IMG/VR virus record: IMGVR_UViG_3300042485_001429
Span: 1-59,729 of that record
Reading direction: 5' to 3' (one strand)
DNA length: 59,729 nucleotides
From: a virus
Lineage: Duplodnaviria > Caudoviricetes
Part shown: positions 29,345-37,677 of the stretch, piece after piece
Numbering within the stretch: the stretch's first letter is position 1
Layout of the letters: each line of letters opens with the position of its first letter
The notes under the pieces: generated by a model
The model's input: only the letters and a program-made list of their open reading frames with translations
Told to the model about the DNA's origin: nothing
Database searches by the model: none
Position numbers and translations under genes: made by a program

Positions 29345-29722
29345 CTACATTCCTTTTGCAATTATCTTTAGCACTTCTAACCTCTCCTCATCTGTTAGTC
29401 TAGCAGGTAGCTCATACTCATCCTTGTTGTCCAACCTGCACTGCTCTACTTCTTCCCATAATGACTGAATATCATAACAAATAGGTTTTCCGTCATTAGT
29501 AGTTGCTTGGTCAATTGTTCCAACAGGGTCTCTCTCCCATAGATACCAACTAATCCAATCTGCTCCTTCTTTACCGTAGTAAACTTGACATAAAATCTCT
29601 ATCACTGAGGTATAATTATCTGAGAAATTAATAGTGTCTATATCTAATACATACAATGCATGTTCCTTGTCTGATTGTTTCCTAAGTCTATTTAAGATTT
29701 CTGTAAATACTTCTAGTTTCAT
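29345..29722 (-). CDS. Hypothetical protein
   Basis: 125-aa ORF with DWISWYLWE motif. Confidence 0.6.
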   Translation of the reverse strand: MKLEVFTEILNRLRKQSDKEHALYVLDIDTINFSDNYTSVIEILCQVYYGKEGADWISWYLWERDPVGTIDQATTNDGKPICYDIQSLWEEVEQCRLDNKDEYELPARLTDEERLEVLKIIAKGM

Positions 29723-29925
29723 AGTTTCTCTATTTCTTGTTTAACTTCATTCCAATAAGTTACTTCAGCTTGTGAATCATTGTAAAATGACGCTACTTTT
29801 AATATCTCATCTACTGCTATCAAGGCACATTGTTTGCTCCAATAATTTCTTTTTTCAATATTAGATTGGAATAAACAATACCAATAACTATCGTATAAAT
29901 CTTTTGCTTTCTCTTGTGGTGTCAT
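29719..29925 (-). CDS. Conserved small Bacteroidota-phage protein
   Basis: MTPQEKA...KQCALIAVDEI...YWNEVKQEIEKL. Confidence 0.65.
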   Translation of the reverse strand: MTPQEKAKDLYDSYWYCLFQSNIEKRNYWSKQCALIAVDEILKVASFYNDSQAEVTYWNEVKQEIEKL

Positions 29926-30359
29926 AGTTTTATTTTTTTTGGTGTTGCATCTAATATTTTAGATAGCTCATTAATTACTTCCTCGCTTGTTTCTTTTATT
30001 ATTGAAACACGTCTTTTAAATGCATTAGATTGTATAAAATCATCTATAGATATTTCTGATGAACATACAATAATTATTTTTGGAGATATATAAAATGATT
30101 CTTCATATGGCTTTTCTACCTTTACACCTTCAGCCATACTGCTATATATACCGTCTATATGTGATGCATCATCACAATCATCAATTATTATTAATTCAGT
30201 GTTTAAGTTACAAGAACGATAAAGAAACGGTCTATCATGCCTCCAATTTTTTCCTGAAATCCAAGTAACATTTTCTTTTTTATAAGAACTAGCTATCTCT
30301 TTAGCCTTCATTGTTTTTCCACTGTCGGCTTTACCTATTATTACTGTTATTTTATCCAT
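29922..30359 (-). CDS. Stand-alone P-loop NTPase (SF3/AAA-like)
   Basis: GKADSGKT Walker A, IIIDD Walker B, AFKRR. Confidence 0.7.
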   Translation of the reverse strand: MDKITVIIGKADSGKTMKAKEIASSYKKENVTWISGKNWRHDRPFLYRSCNLNTELIIIDDCDDASHIDGIYSSMAEGVKVEKPYEESFYISPKIIIVCSSEISIDDFIQSNAFKRRVSIIKETSEEVINELSKILDATPKKIKL

Positions 30360-30468
30360 TGTTTTGCTTTTAAAGGTTAGTTAATCGGGAATATGATTGA
30401 TTTAAGGAATATTTCGAATTATTACCTATTTAAAGCATATATTACAAAAATGATGGTTTTTGTAAACT

Positions 30469-30657
30469 TTATTTAGCATTATCCCTATAGTCTATTATAA
30501 AACCAATGGCTACAATAATGTTCATGCCACAGGACATTAGTATCTCATGGATGTCAGCATACACATTTGTTGAAAGATGTACATGACCTACCATCCAAAA
30601 AGGTATGGACAAGTTTTGGCTTATCCATACCAATAGATATTTTGTGAAATGTTTCAG
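30469..30657 (-). CDS. Small membrane protein with apparent CTG start (62 aa)
   Basis: Manual translation LKHFTKYLLVWISQNLSIPFWMVGHVH...IGFIIDY; in-frame stop upstream at 30670-30672. Confidence 0.5.
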   Translation of the reverse strand: MKHFTKYLLVWISQNLSIPFWMVGHVHLSTNVYADIHEILMSCGMNIIVAIGFIIDYRDNAK

Positions 30658-30658
30658 T

Positions 30659-31111
30659 TTACTTAGTACTTATAAAACTAATAGCTGATGTACTTCCACT
30701 CATACTAAAAGAATATATTTCAGATCCACAAATTGAATCGTTTATTCTAATTTTAAGTGTGCTACAAGTTTTAAAGGCCTGTAAAATATCAGTATTAGCA
30801 AGTAAATTGTCAAGTATATAAACTGTTTCTTTATCTGAACTTATTGAGCCATCTACACTAAATTTCTTTGCTACTCCATTAATCATAAAAGCTAAATCTA
30901 TTGTTGGGGATTCATCACAATAATAACCTCCTGCCATATAAAAATATATCTCGTTATCAATATTTCCTAATCCAAGATAATCTATAGTTGAAGAATTTGC
31001 GTAACAATAACGATAAGGTTCATCGAAATCATTTTTTACATTTTTGTTTACCCATTGAGCATTTGCATTTAAACACAACATTACTCCTACACTCATCAAT
31101 AATTTTTTCAT
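30659..31111 (-). CDS. Exported/periplasmic protein
   Basis: Sec signal MKKLL...NANA-Q, with the Gln +1 typical of Bacteroidota. Confidence 0.65.
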   Translation of the reverse strand: MKKLLMSVGVMLCLNANAQWVNKNVKNDFDEPYRYCYANSSTIDYLGLGNIDNEIYFYMAGGYYCDESPTIDLAFMINGVAKKFSVDGSISSDKETVYILDNLLANTDILQAFKTCSTLKIRINDSICGSEIYSFSMSGSTSAISFISTK

Positions 31112-31122
31112 TTTGTTTTATT

Positions 31123-31326
31123 TTAATTGTTATACAATAATTCTTTTAAGAGCCTATTTTCTTCTAGTAATTCATGGCACGACTCAGCGTCCTTGTACAT
31201 GTATATGCTAGAAATTAGACCCAATACTAGACCTATTACTATTCCTATTAAGGCTGAAATATACTCCTGTCTTTTTTCTTTTTCTTTTACCTCTTGAGTA
31301 ATTCTTCCCTTGATTATTTCTTTCAT
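31123..31326 (-). CDS. Single-pass membrane protein
   Basis: Hydrophobic ISALIGIVIGLVLGLISSIYM. Confidence 0.6.
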   Translation of the reverse strand: MKEIIKGRITQEVKEKEKRQEYISALIGIVIGLVLGLISSIYMYKDAESCHELLEENRLLKELLYNN

Positions 31327-31535
31327 TTGATTTCTTTTTTTAATCGTTCAACGTAAAGAGTAGCGTCCATAAGCTCCTCCTGTAGATGCGTAAGCCAGTC
31401 TAATGGACTTAGGTCCGTTCTGTCAAGTGTGGTGTTGTATTTTTTGATTCCAGATGTCGATCTTCCTTTGAATGATTCTATTACCGAATCTACAATACTA
31501 TCTTGCCCATGGCTGAAGTTTGATTCCCATTTCAT
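31323..31535 (-). CDS. Small helical protein, possibly MazG-like
   Basis: GIKKYNTTLDRTDL..WLTHLQEELMDATLY. Confidence 0.5.
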   Translation of the reverse strand: MKWESNFSHGQDSIVDSVIESFKGRSTSGIKKYNTTLDRTDLSPLDWLTHLQEELMDATLYVERLKKEIK

Positions 31536-31555
31536 TTAATTAGATTTTAGATTTT

Positions 31556-31593
31556 TAAAAAAAAGGGTAGGCTATCCCATAAGATACCTACCC
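31556..31593 (-). terminator. Intrinsic terminator
   Basis: Stem GGGTAGG/CCTACCC followed by a U-tract on the minus strand. Confidence 0.7.
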
Positions 31594-31642
31594 AGAGTTT
31601 TTTCCAATTATGGTTGGTTAACCTCAGAAACTCTAACTGAAC

Positions 31643-31828
31643 CTATGAATTATCAGATTGATCGTTCAAGTCCATCCACATACCAATGTAAAATGGAGCA
31701 AAAATCCAACCCGTAATGATCGATAAGAATAAAAGCATAAAGAACTCAAATGCAGTTGCTTGATTCTTAAATGATACACCAAATGTAAACATCCCTGAAA
31801 ACATAAGGTAAAATAATAGCCACTCCAT
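31643..31828 (-). CDS. Small two-TM membrane protein
   Basis: 61 aa, strongly hydrophobic. Confidence 0.6.
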   Translation of the reverse strand: MEWLLFYLMFSGMFTFGVSFKNQATAFEFFMLLFLSIITGWIFAPFYIGMWMDLNDQSDNS

Positions 31829-32163
31829 TAGAATGGTAGGTCCTCCTCGACCTTTTCTTCTGGTGCAACAGCTGTTGGACTCTCTTGTGTGGTCTCAATT
31901 CTCCATGCCTCAAGTGTGTTGAAGTACTTCACATCACCAGTTGGACTCGTCCACTCTCTACCACGCAAGTTAAATGACACCTCGACAGACATACCCTCCT
32001 TCAAATTGGTTAGCTCGTCACACTTGTCTTGCATAACTTGAAATGAGATTTGTTGTGGGTACATGTCATCAATAGATGTTAGTACAAAATCACGCTTGCG
32101 AAACTTGTCATTGATGACATTCGTCTCGCCAATCATCTTAATTGTTCCTTTAATTTTAAACAT
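31828..32163 (-). CDS. Single-stranded DNA-binding protein (DUF3127-like)
   Basis: FRKRDFVL, YPQ.I.FQ, FNLRGREW, YFNTLEAW, acidic tail ending DLPF. Confidence 0.85.
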   Translation of the reverse strand: MFKIKGTIKMIGETNVINDKFRKRDFVLTSIDDMYPQQISFQVMQDKCDELTNLKEGMSVEVSFNLRGREWTSPTGDVKYFNTLEAWRIETTQESPTAVAPEEKVEEDLPF

Positions 32164-32920
32164 TTTTGTTTTTTAATAAATTAGAATAAAAAATTGCATA
32201 CTTCTCGGCAGTAGCTAGCCGTTTGTCCATCTTGACAATGTCTTTATCTGTAAGTTCAACGCTAAACACAGTGGCCCTCAAGTTGTCGTCTAGGTGCTCC
32301 ATGTAGTGTAGGCTGTCGTCCTCATAATCAGGCTTCAACTCCTCAGGTGTGGTGGTAAGAATAAATGCTACCTCGCCATTACACCATTTATCGCCAGTCA
32401 TCTTAGTCATAATATAGAGATAATGTTTTACTTGCCACTCATAGTTTGGGTCGTAGGCCTGCTCAATAGTCTTGGGAAAAGTCTTTTTCGACCAAGAGGA
32501 CTTTATGTCGATTATCTTCTTATTCTCACAATCAACAATGTCAGGATGACCAACCGATATACCATGCGATATGTGGTAGTACTTATCAAACTCAGCTTGT
32601 TTATGGTAGTTAGTAAAGAAAATCCTATTGTATATGTCAATAGATTCTTGCTCAACGTCCCATCCCTTTTGAGTCTTAGGGTTTGAAAATGATTCAGTGT
32701 ACCCATAGAACTCCCTATTGATGTACTCCTCGATAAGGGTCTTTGCACCCTTGCTCAGTTGAACCTCTCCTGCTTTTTGTTGCAGTTGGTCACGCTTAAT
32801 TGCTTGAGCACTAGTAAGTTTAATCTTTGATAGCAGTTCGTCAAGTTGGGCTTGCTGTATGTCAGTCAACCCATCGTCCCCCATAAATAACGGGGAGCAC
32901 GATGATGACCTAATCTTCAT
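32156..32920 (-). CDS. PD-(D/E)XK exonuclease (YqaJ/lambda-exo-like)
   Basis: IRSS, GHPD, IDIKSSW, YEWQ..HY. Confidence 0.75.
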   Translation of the reverse strand: MKIRSSSCSPLFMGDDGLTDIQQAQLDELLSKIKLTSAQAIKRDQLQQKAGEVQLSKGAKTLIEEYINREFYGYTESFSNPKTQKGWDVEQESIDIYNRIFFTNYHKQAEFDKYYHISHGISVGHPDIVDCENKKIIDIKSSWSKKTFPKTIEQAYDPNYEWQVKHYLYIMTKMTGDKWCNGEVAFILTTTPEELKPDYEDDSLHYMEHLDDNLRATVFSVELTDKDIVKMDKRLATAEKYAIFYSNLLKNKNV

Positions 32921-33392
32921 TTGTAAACATTTTAATTTGATCAGCCGTCAGTGTGTACTGCTTCTGAATCTTCTCGATCGTAGTACGCCCCGACTTTACA
33001 GACTCAACAGCTACGGGTAGCTTCTCGTCAGGTAGTGATGGTAGCTCCTTCTTTGGCAAGGGTCGTGTGCTGAATCTCAGTGCGTCAACCATGCCTTGAG
33101 GACTCTTTACCTTCTCGACAGACAATACTATCTGCTTGGAGGTGTAGTCGTCAGGGTTGAATGAATTAAAGAATGTCTCCAACCTCTTGAAATTTGTTCT
33201 GTTAGAGACCATGCTCTTCTCAAATTCCTTGAGCTTGATGAACACCTTGTCCTCCTTGCCCATCTCACCAACCATTACGTCTTGGTATATCTTTTCAATT
33301 GTTACGATAGTGGGCTCGTACTTCCCGTTGACCTCCAAGTCCCAACTTCCTAGGTACTTGTTGTCCTTCATTAAATTTCTCCAGTGTGACAT
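32910..33392 (-). CDS. Hypothetical recombination/ssDNA-binding protein
   Basis: 160 aa adjacent to the exonuclease and SSB; function inferred from position only. Confidence 0.45.
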   Translation of the reverse strand: MSHWRNLMKDNKYLGSWDLEVNGKYEPTIVTIEKIYQDVMVGEMGKEDKVFIKLKEFEKSMVSNRTNFKRLETFFNSFNPDDYTSKQIVLSVEKVKSPQGMVDALRFSTRPLPKKELPSLPDEKLPVAVESVKSGRTTIEKIQKQYTLTADQIKMFTNED

Positions 33393-33405
33393 ATTTGATT
33401 TTTTT

Positions 33406-33798
33406 TTACAAATTTGATAATAATTTATTGAATTCCAAGCGAAAATCTACATTTTTTTTTAACAATTCCTCTCTCTTCCTTAAGATAATGTCTATCTGAG
33501 TAGTGTTGTTGTCTAAAATTGCATGTCTCATTAGGCCGTTGTAGTACTCTATCCTATTGTCGTTAGTTTGGATGTTTACCATGACAACCCCCGATTCCCA
33601 TCCCATATTTTCAAATATGTGTAGCTGTTCAGGGGTTATGTCATCGTAACTATCAGTATACGTCATCGTGTTCTTGACAACAATACTTTCGTCTTTGGTG
33701 AATCTCTCAATCTTCACCCCTCGGTCGATGTACCACTCGCTGTATGCGGTGCGGTACAAAGACCGACTTGGCTTACTTACGTCTTCCCAAGCTTTCAT
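33406..33798 (-). CDS. Hypothetical protein
   Basis: 130-aa ORF. Confidence 0.6.
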   Translation of the reverse strand: MKAWEDVSKPSRSLYRTAYSEWYIDRGVKIERFTKDESIVVKNTMTYTDSYDDITPEQLHIFENMGWESGVVMVNIQTNDNRIEYYNGLMRHAILDNNTTQIDIILRKREELLKKNVDFRLEFNKLLSNL

Positions 33799-34190
33799 TT
33801 AATCGGTTCAAAGTAGTAATTGAATACCTCTCCATCAGCTGTTTTGCTTTCCCTTACCAACATGGTTTCGTTGTTTGGTATGATGTGTACCTCCAAGATG
33901 TAACCACCGACTGGACGATTTGCAATAAATAAGACCGCCGCATCGTTCTCATTTCTAATTGTAAAGGATAATAAGACCTCCTCGTCCTTGTAAAGTTCTT
34001 GGTACAAGTCCTTGTAAAAGAACCCGTTGGCCTCGACCACTTCAAAGTAGATGTCTAGAGCGTCCTGTAAATTGTTGAAAACCATGTACTTTATGTTGCC
34101 CTCTGATGCCTTGAATCTATTTAGTCCAAGGGTCTGTGAGCTTGCGTCAATCGATAGCATCACAGCTACCGCAAAAATTATTTTTTTCAT
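33795..34190 (-). CDS. Exported protein
   Basis: Sec signal MKKIIFAVAVMLSIDASS-Q. Confidence 0.6.
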   Translation of the reverse strand: MKKIIFAVAVMLSIDASSQTLGLNRFKASEGNIKYMVFNNLQDALDIYFEVVEANGFFYKDLYQELYKDEEVLLSFTIRNENDAAVLFIANRPVGGYILEVHIIPNNETMLVRESKTADGEVFNYYFEPIK

Positions 34191-34336
34191 TCGTAAAAAA
34201 GTTTTAATAAGTTAATAAAAGCCCAAGCACAGCAAAATAATGTTATCGGAAATAATATTATCGCACTAAGTGTTGGGTACATTAAATTTCTCCTTAGCAA
34301 TAAAAATACTACTAATAGAATCGCTATTGGTATCAT
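34187..34336 (-). CDS. Small membrane protein (49 aa)
   Basis: Manual translation MIPIAILLVVFLLLRR...; ATGA overlap with 34190. Confidence 0.5.
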   Translation of the reverse strand: MIPIAILLVVFLLLRRNLMYPTLSAIILFPITLFCCAWAFINLLKLFYE

Positions 34337-34344
34337 AGGCGTTG

Positions 34345-34608
34345 TTATCTTACACCGCTTGCATATATAGACTTGAATTCATTGAATGACTTTATTCCGC
34401 CACCCTTTGACTTGATTATGTCGTCAGGTGTCACGTCATCAATGTATAGGTGAGGTAGCCTCATTAATACGTTGTGAAGTCTTCTGCTTACTGCATTCTT
34501 GCATAGCCATTCGTTTACTAGCATACGCTTCTTGATCTGTCTGTGGTATTTTTCGACAACGTCTAACGATTGGATGTACTCATCCCTCGTAACTTTGGTC
34601 TTTAGCAT
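34345..34608 (-). CDS. RNA polymerase alpha-CTD-like protein
   Basis: VSRRLHNVL...DDIIKSKGGGIKSFNEF resembles alphaCTD LSVR..N.L...L....G.KS..E. Confidence 0.55.
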   Translation of the reverse strand: MLKTKVTRDEYIQSLDVVEKYHRQIKKRMLVNEWLCKNAVSRRLHNVLMRLPHLYIDDVTPDDIIKSKGGGIKSFNEFKSIYASGVR

Positions 34609-34735
34609 GTATGTATATTATGTTGTTAATACTCGTACCGACCTTTCGTAATACGTCACGGTAACTTGACGCTTCAATTGTTATGCCCGTACACAAGCCC
34701 TCGCTTATGTAGTAGCACACGTGGTATTGCTTCAT
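34580..34735 (-). CDS. Small hypothetical protein (51 aa)
   Basis: Manual translation MKQYHVCYYISEG... Confidence 0.5.
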   Translation of the reverse strand: MKQYHVCYYISEGLCTGITIEASSYRDVLRKVGTSINNIIYIHAKDQSYEG

Positions 34736-34995
34736 CATACTTCTACTTCTATTTTAGTTATTAATTGTTTCTCGTAATATCGGTCTGTTGAGCTATATGC
34801 TTGGATGATGTAGCTCAGCCACTCTAACTTCGTGCCGAACTCCGAGCGTAACTTATAGTCGAAGTGTATGTCGAATGTCTCTGATGAAAATGTTACAGGC
34901 AACCACTCGTCCAATTGGTCGAAATAAATTGTCTGCGTTTCAACCCCGTGAGTGATGTCTACGCATCGTAAGGTTGGATAGATTATTGCTTTCAT
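34735..34995 (-). CDS. Hypothetical protein
   Basis: 86-aa ORF. Confidence 0.55.
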   Translation of the reverse strand: MKAIIYPTLRCVDITHGVETQTIYFDQLDEWLPVTFSSETFDIHFDYKLRSEFGTKLEWLSYIIQAYSSTDRYYEKQLITKIEVEV

Positions 34996-34996
34996 A

Positions 34997-35275
34997 ATGT
35001 TAAGAATGTTAGAAATGAATAAAAAATGTTAAGTTGAAATGAAATCAACATAGTTGAATCCCTTATGGTAGCTAGGTTAATGTTAGAATGTTAATTTTTA
35101 CTCTATAGAATGAAAAAAAAAATATATATATATATAATAGTACATATACTATGATTAATTTTCTACGCTAGTTTTGGGTGAAAAATCAACATTCCAACAT
35201 AACATATTGATAGATAGTGTTTTAAGTGAAAAAAATCAACATTAAATCAACATAAACCAACATTTGTTAGCATTT
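34997..35275. other. Putative replication origin with inverted iterons
   Basis: ATGTTA repeats on the left and (C)AACAT repeats on the right of an A-tract/(AT)n core. Confidence 0.6.
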
Positions 35276-35286
35276 GGTAAGTTTTT

Positions 35287-35380
35287 GAATTAAGAAACAA
35301 GAAACATACCTATACGAGGGGGGATGTATAAGTTTTACCAACACCCCCCTTATAAGCAATACTATGTTGATTCTTAATTC
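35287..35380. repeat. Long imperfect hairpin next to the origin
   Basis: GAATTAAGAA/TTCTTAATTC outer stem; AGGGGGG/CCCCCCT inner stem. Confidence 0.7.
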
Positions 35381-35383
35381 GGT

Positions 35384-35521
35384 TTATAGGTTACAAAAAA
35401 AATCTTCCTCAACAAATACTGTCGAGCTGAATTCATCTTTTAATTGGTCGATTGTCATACCCTCTCTGTCGGATAATTCAAGCAACTCTTCTTCGGTCAA
35501 TTGGTCTATTGTTCTGTACAT
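35384..35521 (-). CDS. Small acidic protein (45 aa)
   Basis: Manual translation MYRTIDQLTEEELLELS... Confidence 0.55.
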   Translation of the reverse strand: MYRTIDQLTEEELLELSDREGMTIDQLKDEFSSTVFVEEDFFCNL

Positions 35522-35685
35522 GGTTTTAGGTTTTTAAATGTGGTTTGTATTTCTTGTAGGTCTTTGTCTTCTATCAACGAGGTCATCGTCTCTATTATTA
35601 GGTATAGTTGGAATGTCGACCTGTCGTCTAAGTCCCTCTGCTTTTCTAAAAAGTCTAGGGTCGTCTGTCTGTGGTTCACAATCAT
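35506..35685 (-). CDS. Small hypothetical protein (59 aa)
   Basis: Manual translation MIVNHRQTTLDF... Confidence 0.45.
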   Translation of the reverse strand: MIVNHRQTTLDFLEKQRDLDDRSTFQLYLIIETMTSLIEDKDLQEIQTTFKNLKPCTEQ

Positions 35686-35688
35686 CGT

Positions 35689-35913
35689 CTAGAATGTTAG
35701 CTTGTCGAATTCTTGGTACATGTCTACATAATCTAAAGGAAATCTATCCTTTAGTGCTTGTAACAAACTATCGTTATCGTACTCCTCGTATCCGTCCCTC
35801 TCTGCGTTTACAAGTGGGGTTATTACCTCAACGATTTGGTCATCGTCTAAGGTTGTCACTAGGTAGAAGTCCTCTTCTGACCATGCTGATGTGTTGATTC
35901 TAATTACTCTCAT
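35689..35913 (-). CDS. Acidic early protein
   Basis: 74-aa ORF. Confidence 0.6.
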   Translation of the reverse strand: MRVIRINTSAWSEEDFYLVTTLDDDQIVEVITPLVNAERDGYEEYDNDSLLQALKDRFPLDYVDMYQEFDKLTF

Positions 35914-35915
35914 GG

Positions 35916-36125
35916 TTATTTAATTTTATCGGTTATTACTTCTATTGCTACACGTATTCCATATTGGATTTCTCCCATTATGTGTTCGTTAGTCAAAGCC
36001 ATATTTAGTACTGATTGCTTTTCATTGTCAGTTAGGCTGTCGTTATCTACATCTTGAATGCTCCATAAATTGTCTACGTAATATCCTGCATTACGTAATA
36101 CTTCTTTTGCTTGTTCTGTTGTCAT
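35916..36125 (-). CDS. Early hypothetical protein
   Basis: 69-aa ORF preceded by the AAACCTAGAA motif. Confidence 0.65.
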   Translation of the reverse strand: MTTEQAKEVLRNAGYYVDNLWSIQDVDNDSLTDNEKQSVLNMALTNEHIMGEIQYGIRVAIEVITDKIK

Positions 36126-36151
36126 AATTTCTAGGTTTTATAGGTTAATAA

Positions 36152-36292
36152 TTATTTTATTTTTACAATTGTATAGGGTCTAGACCAACATAAGTCTAAC
36201 CATTTTTTTGCATCACTAATACTTTCAAATGTGCCCGTAATAATTTCTCTCGTAATACCGTGAAGTCTTATAATACATTTTTGTTTTTTCAT
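36152..36292 (-). CDS. Small early protein (MKKQKCII...)
   Basis: Start chosen from the upstream AAAACCTAGAACTT motif. Confidence 0.55.
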   Translation of the reverse strand: MKKQKCIIRLHGITREIITGTFESISDAKKWLDLCWSRPYTIVKIK

Positions 36293-36305
36293 AAGTTCTA
36301 GGTTT

Positions 36306-36572
36306 TTAAAGTTCATACTCGTTTCCATTATCGTCATAGTACACGTCCTCGTCAATCTCTTCCCACTCAGTGTAGTAGTAAAACTCCTCCTCGTAGTAAT
36401 GGTCTAACATTAATTTGTCTGATTTGAAATTTAGGTCTTCTTCTTCAGCAACACCTTTCAACCATTTGATTAAGTGTTCTTTCTCAGAGAAGTATAGGTC
36501 ACCTGCTCCAACAACATATCCATCGTTCATACCACGTCCCGTAGCATCACATTTTCTTGCATATCTTTCCAT
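36306..36572 (-). CDS. Acidic early protein
   Basis: 88 aa; ARKCDATGRGMNDGY and Glu/Tyr-rich tail. Confidence 0.65.
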   Translation of the reverse strand: MERYARKCDATGRGMNDGYVVGAGDLYFSEKEHLIKWLKGVAEEEDLNFKSDKLMLDHYYEEEFYYYTEWEEIDEDVYYDDNGNEYEL

Positions 36573-36585
36573 AAGTTCTAAGGTT

Positions 36586-36852
36586 TTATTGAGAACATAA
36601 TTCCCACGTGTTCATTGTTAATAATTTTTTCTTTGTTAATCCTAATGACTTCAAAATAAATTTTGCAAGCCTCATGTTTACCTTTGGGTCATCAAGTTCA
36701 CCGCTTCCTATTTGTTGTACGATATAGGATGGAGACATACCCAATACCCTTGAGCAAAACTTTACGTCCTGCCCAAGGTAGAATTCTTTTTCGTCAACAC
36801 ACAACGTCCAGTTGTGGTCGAAGCCGTAGCTACTTGTGATTTGTACTTTCAT
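36586..36852 (-). CDS. Early hypothetical protein (MKVQITSS...)
   Basis: ATG at 36852 follows the stop of the upstream small ORF. Confidence 0.6.
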   Translation of the reverse strand: MKVQITSSYGFDHNWTLCVDEKEFYLGQDVKFCSRVLGMSPSYIVQQIGSGELDDPKVNMRLAKFILKSLGLTKKKLLTMNTWELCSQ

Positions 36853-36856
36853 TTTG

Positions 36857-36970
36857 TTAAATGTATAGGTGAGGTACACCCTCAAGAATAATTATTACGA
36901 CTAATCTAATTAATCCAAATCCTAAGGTACCACCTAGTGCGATAGCCCAAATACTCATTAATTTTTCCAT
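36857..36970 (-). CDS. 37-aa membrane peptide immediately downstream of the hammerhead
   Basis: MEKLMSIWAIALGGTLGFGLIRLVVIIILEGVPHLYI*. Confidence 0.6.
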   Translation of the reverse strand: MEKLMSIWAIALGGTLGFGLIRLVVIIILEGVPHLYI

Positions 36971-36987
36971 TTTGTAAGGTTTTAATT

Positions 36988-37045
36988 GGTTAAGACAGCA
37001 CCTCGTGAGTGCTGTTTCGGATATTGAATCCATCGTCAGTTAACC
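36988..37045 (-). ncRNA. Type I hammerhead ribozyme
   Basis: Minus strand: GGUUAA CUGACGA U GGAU-ucaau-AUCC GAAA CAGCAC-ucacgag-GUGCUG UC UUAACC; three perfect stems, intact core, GUC triplet. Confidence 0.93.
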
Positions 37046-37231
37046 TTTGTTAAACATTTCTTTTTTGAATCGAATCAAGTGACCCTCCTCGTACTTTAAT
37101 AGGTCGGTTAGCTTGTCTCTATCCACGTCTATTATCCCGTGTATAGGATGCTTGATATCGTTGATGCCGACAAAGTTGATGTTTCTTTTTAATTGCTCAG
37201 TGATTGTTGTTGTTCTGATTGTTCCGTTCAT
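37040..37231 (-). CDS. Early hypothetical protein
   Basis: 63 aa; its stop codon lies in hammerhead stem I. Confidence 0.6.
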   Translation of the reverse strand: MNGTIRTTTITEQLKRNINFVGINDIKHPIHGIIDVDRDKLTDLLKYEEGHLIRFKKEMFNKG

Positions 37232-37254
37232 GTTTTCTAGGGTTTAGGTTGTTG

Positions 37255-37497
37255 TTATCCGATTTGTAATTGACCATCAACGAATGATGGTTGGTATTCT
37301 CCATGTTCCGCAGTCATGTCATCTGTCTCGAAGAACGTGCTGTAACTAGCTAACTTCAATTCGTGACATGCTACTATAACCTCTGCCTCGTCACCAAAAA
37401 TTGGATGCTCGAAGAACTCTATTTCTTGACCTTGGTCGTTAATCATTTTGCCGTAGCTTGTTGGATTTTTATCCATTAATTTTTGATAGTTTAACAT
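37255..37497 (-). CDS. Early hypothetical protein
   Basis: 80 aa; FFEHPIFGD. Confidence 0.65.
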   Translation of the reverse strand: MLNYQKLMDKNPTSYGKMINDQGQEIEFFEHPIFGDEAEVIVACHELKLASYSTFFETDDMTAEHGEYQPSFVDGQLQIG

Positions 37498-37521
37498 AAT
37501 TTCTAGGGTTTAAATTGTTAG

Positions 37522-37665
37522 TTAATACCACACCTCGTCTAAGGTGTAGCTGTACTTCTTACTTACATAACTGATGAATTTGTTCATATGGTTTTCATCG
37601 TTAAATTTACGGCACATAAATACATACTTCCCGTATGCATTCATAAATTGAATTCTTGCAATCAT
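37522..37665 (-). CDS. Small early protein (47 aa)
   Basis: Manual translation MIARIQFMNAYGK... Confidence 0.55.
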   Translation of the reverse strand: MIARIQFMNAYGKYVFMCRKFNDENHMNKFISYVSKKYSYTLDEVWY

Positions 37666-37677
37666 ATTCTTACTTGT

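Noticed and set aside
34997-35275. CRISPR mini-array
   Set aside because: Repeats are 5-7 bp, irregularly spaced and inverted, with no repeat-spacer periodicity
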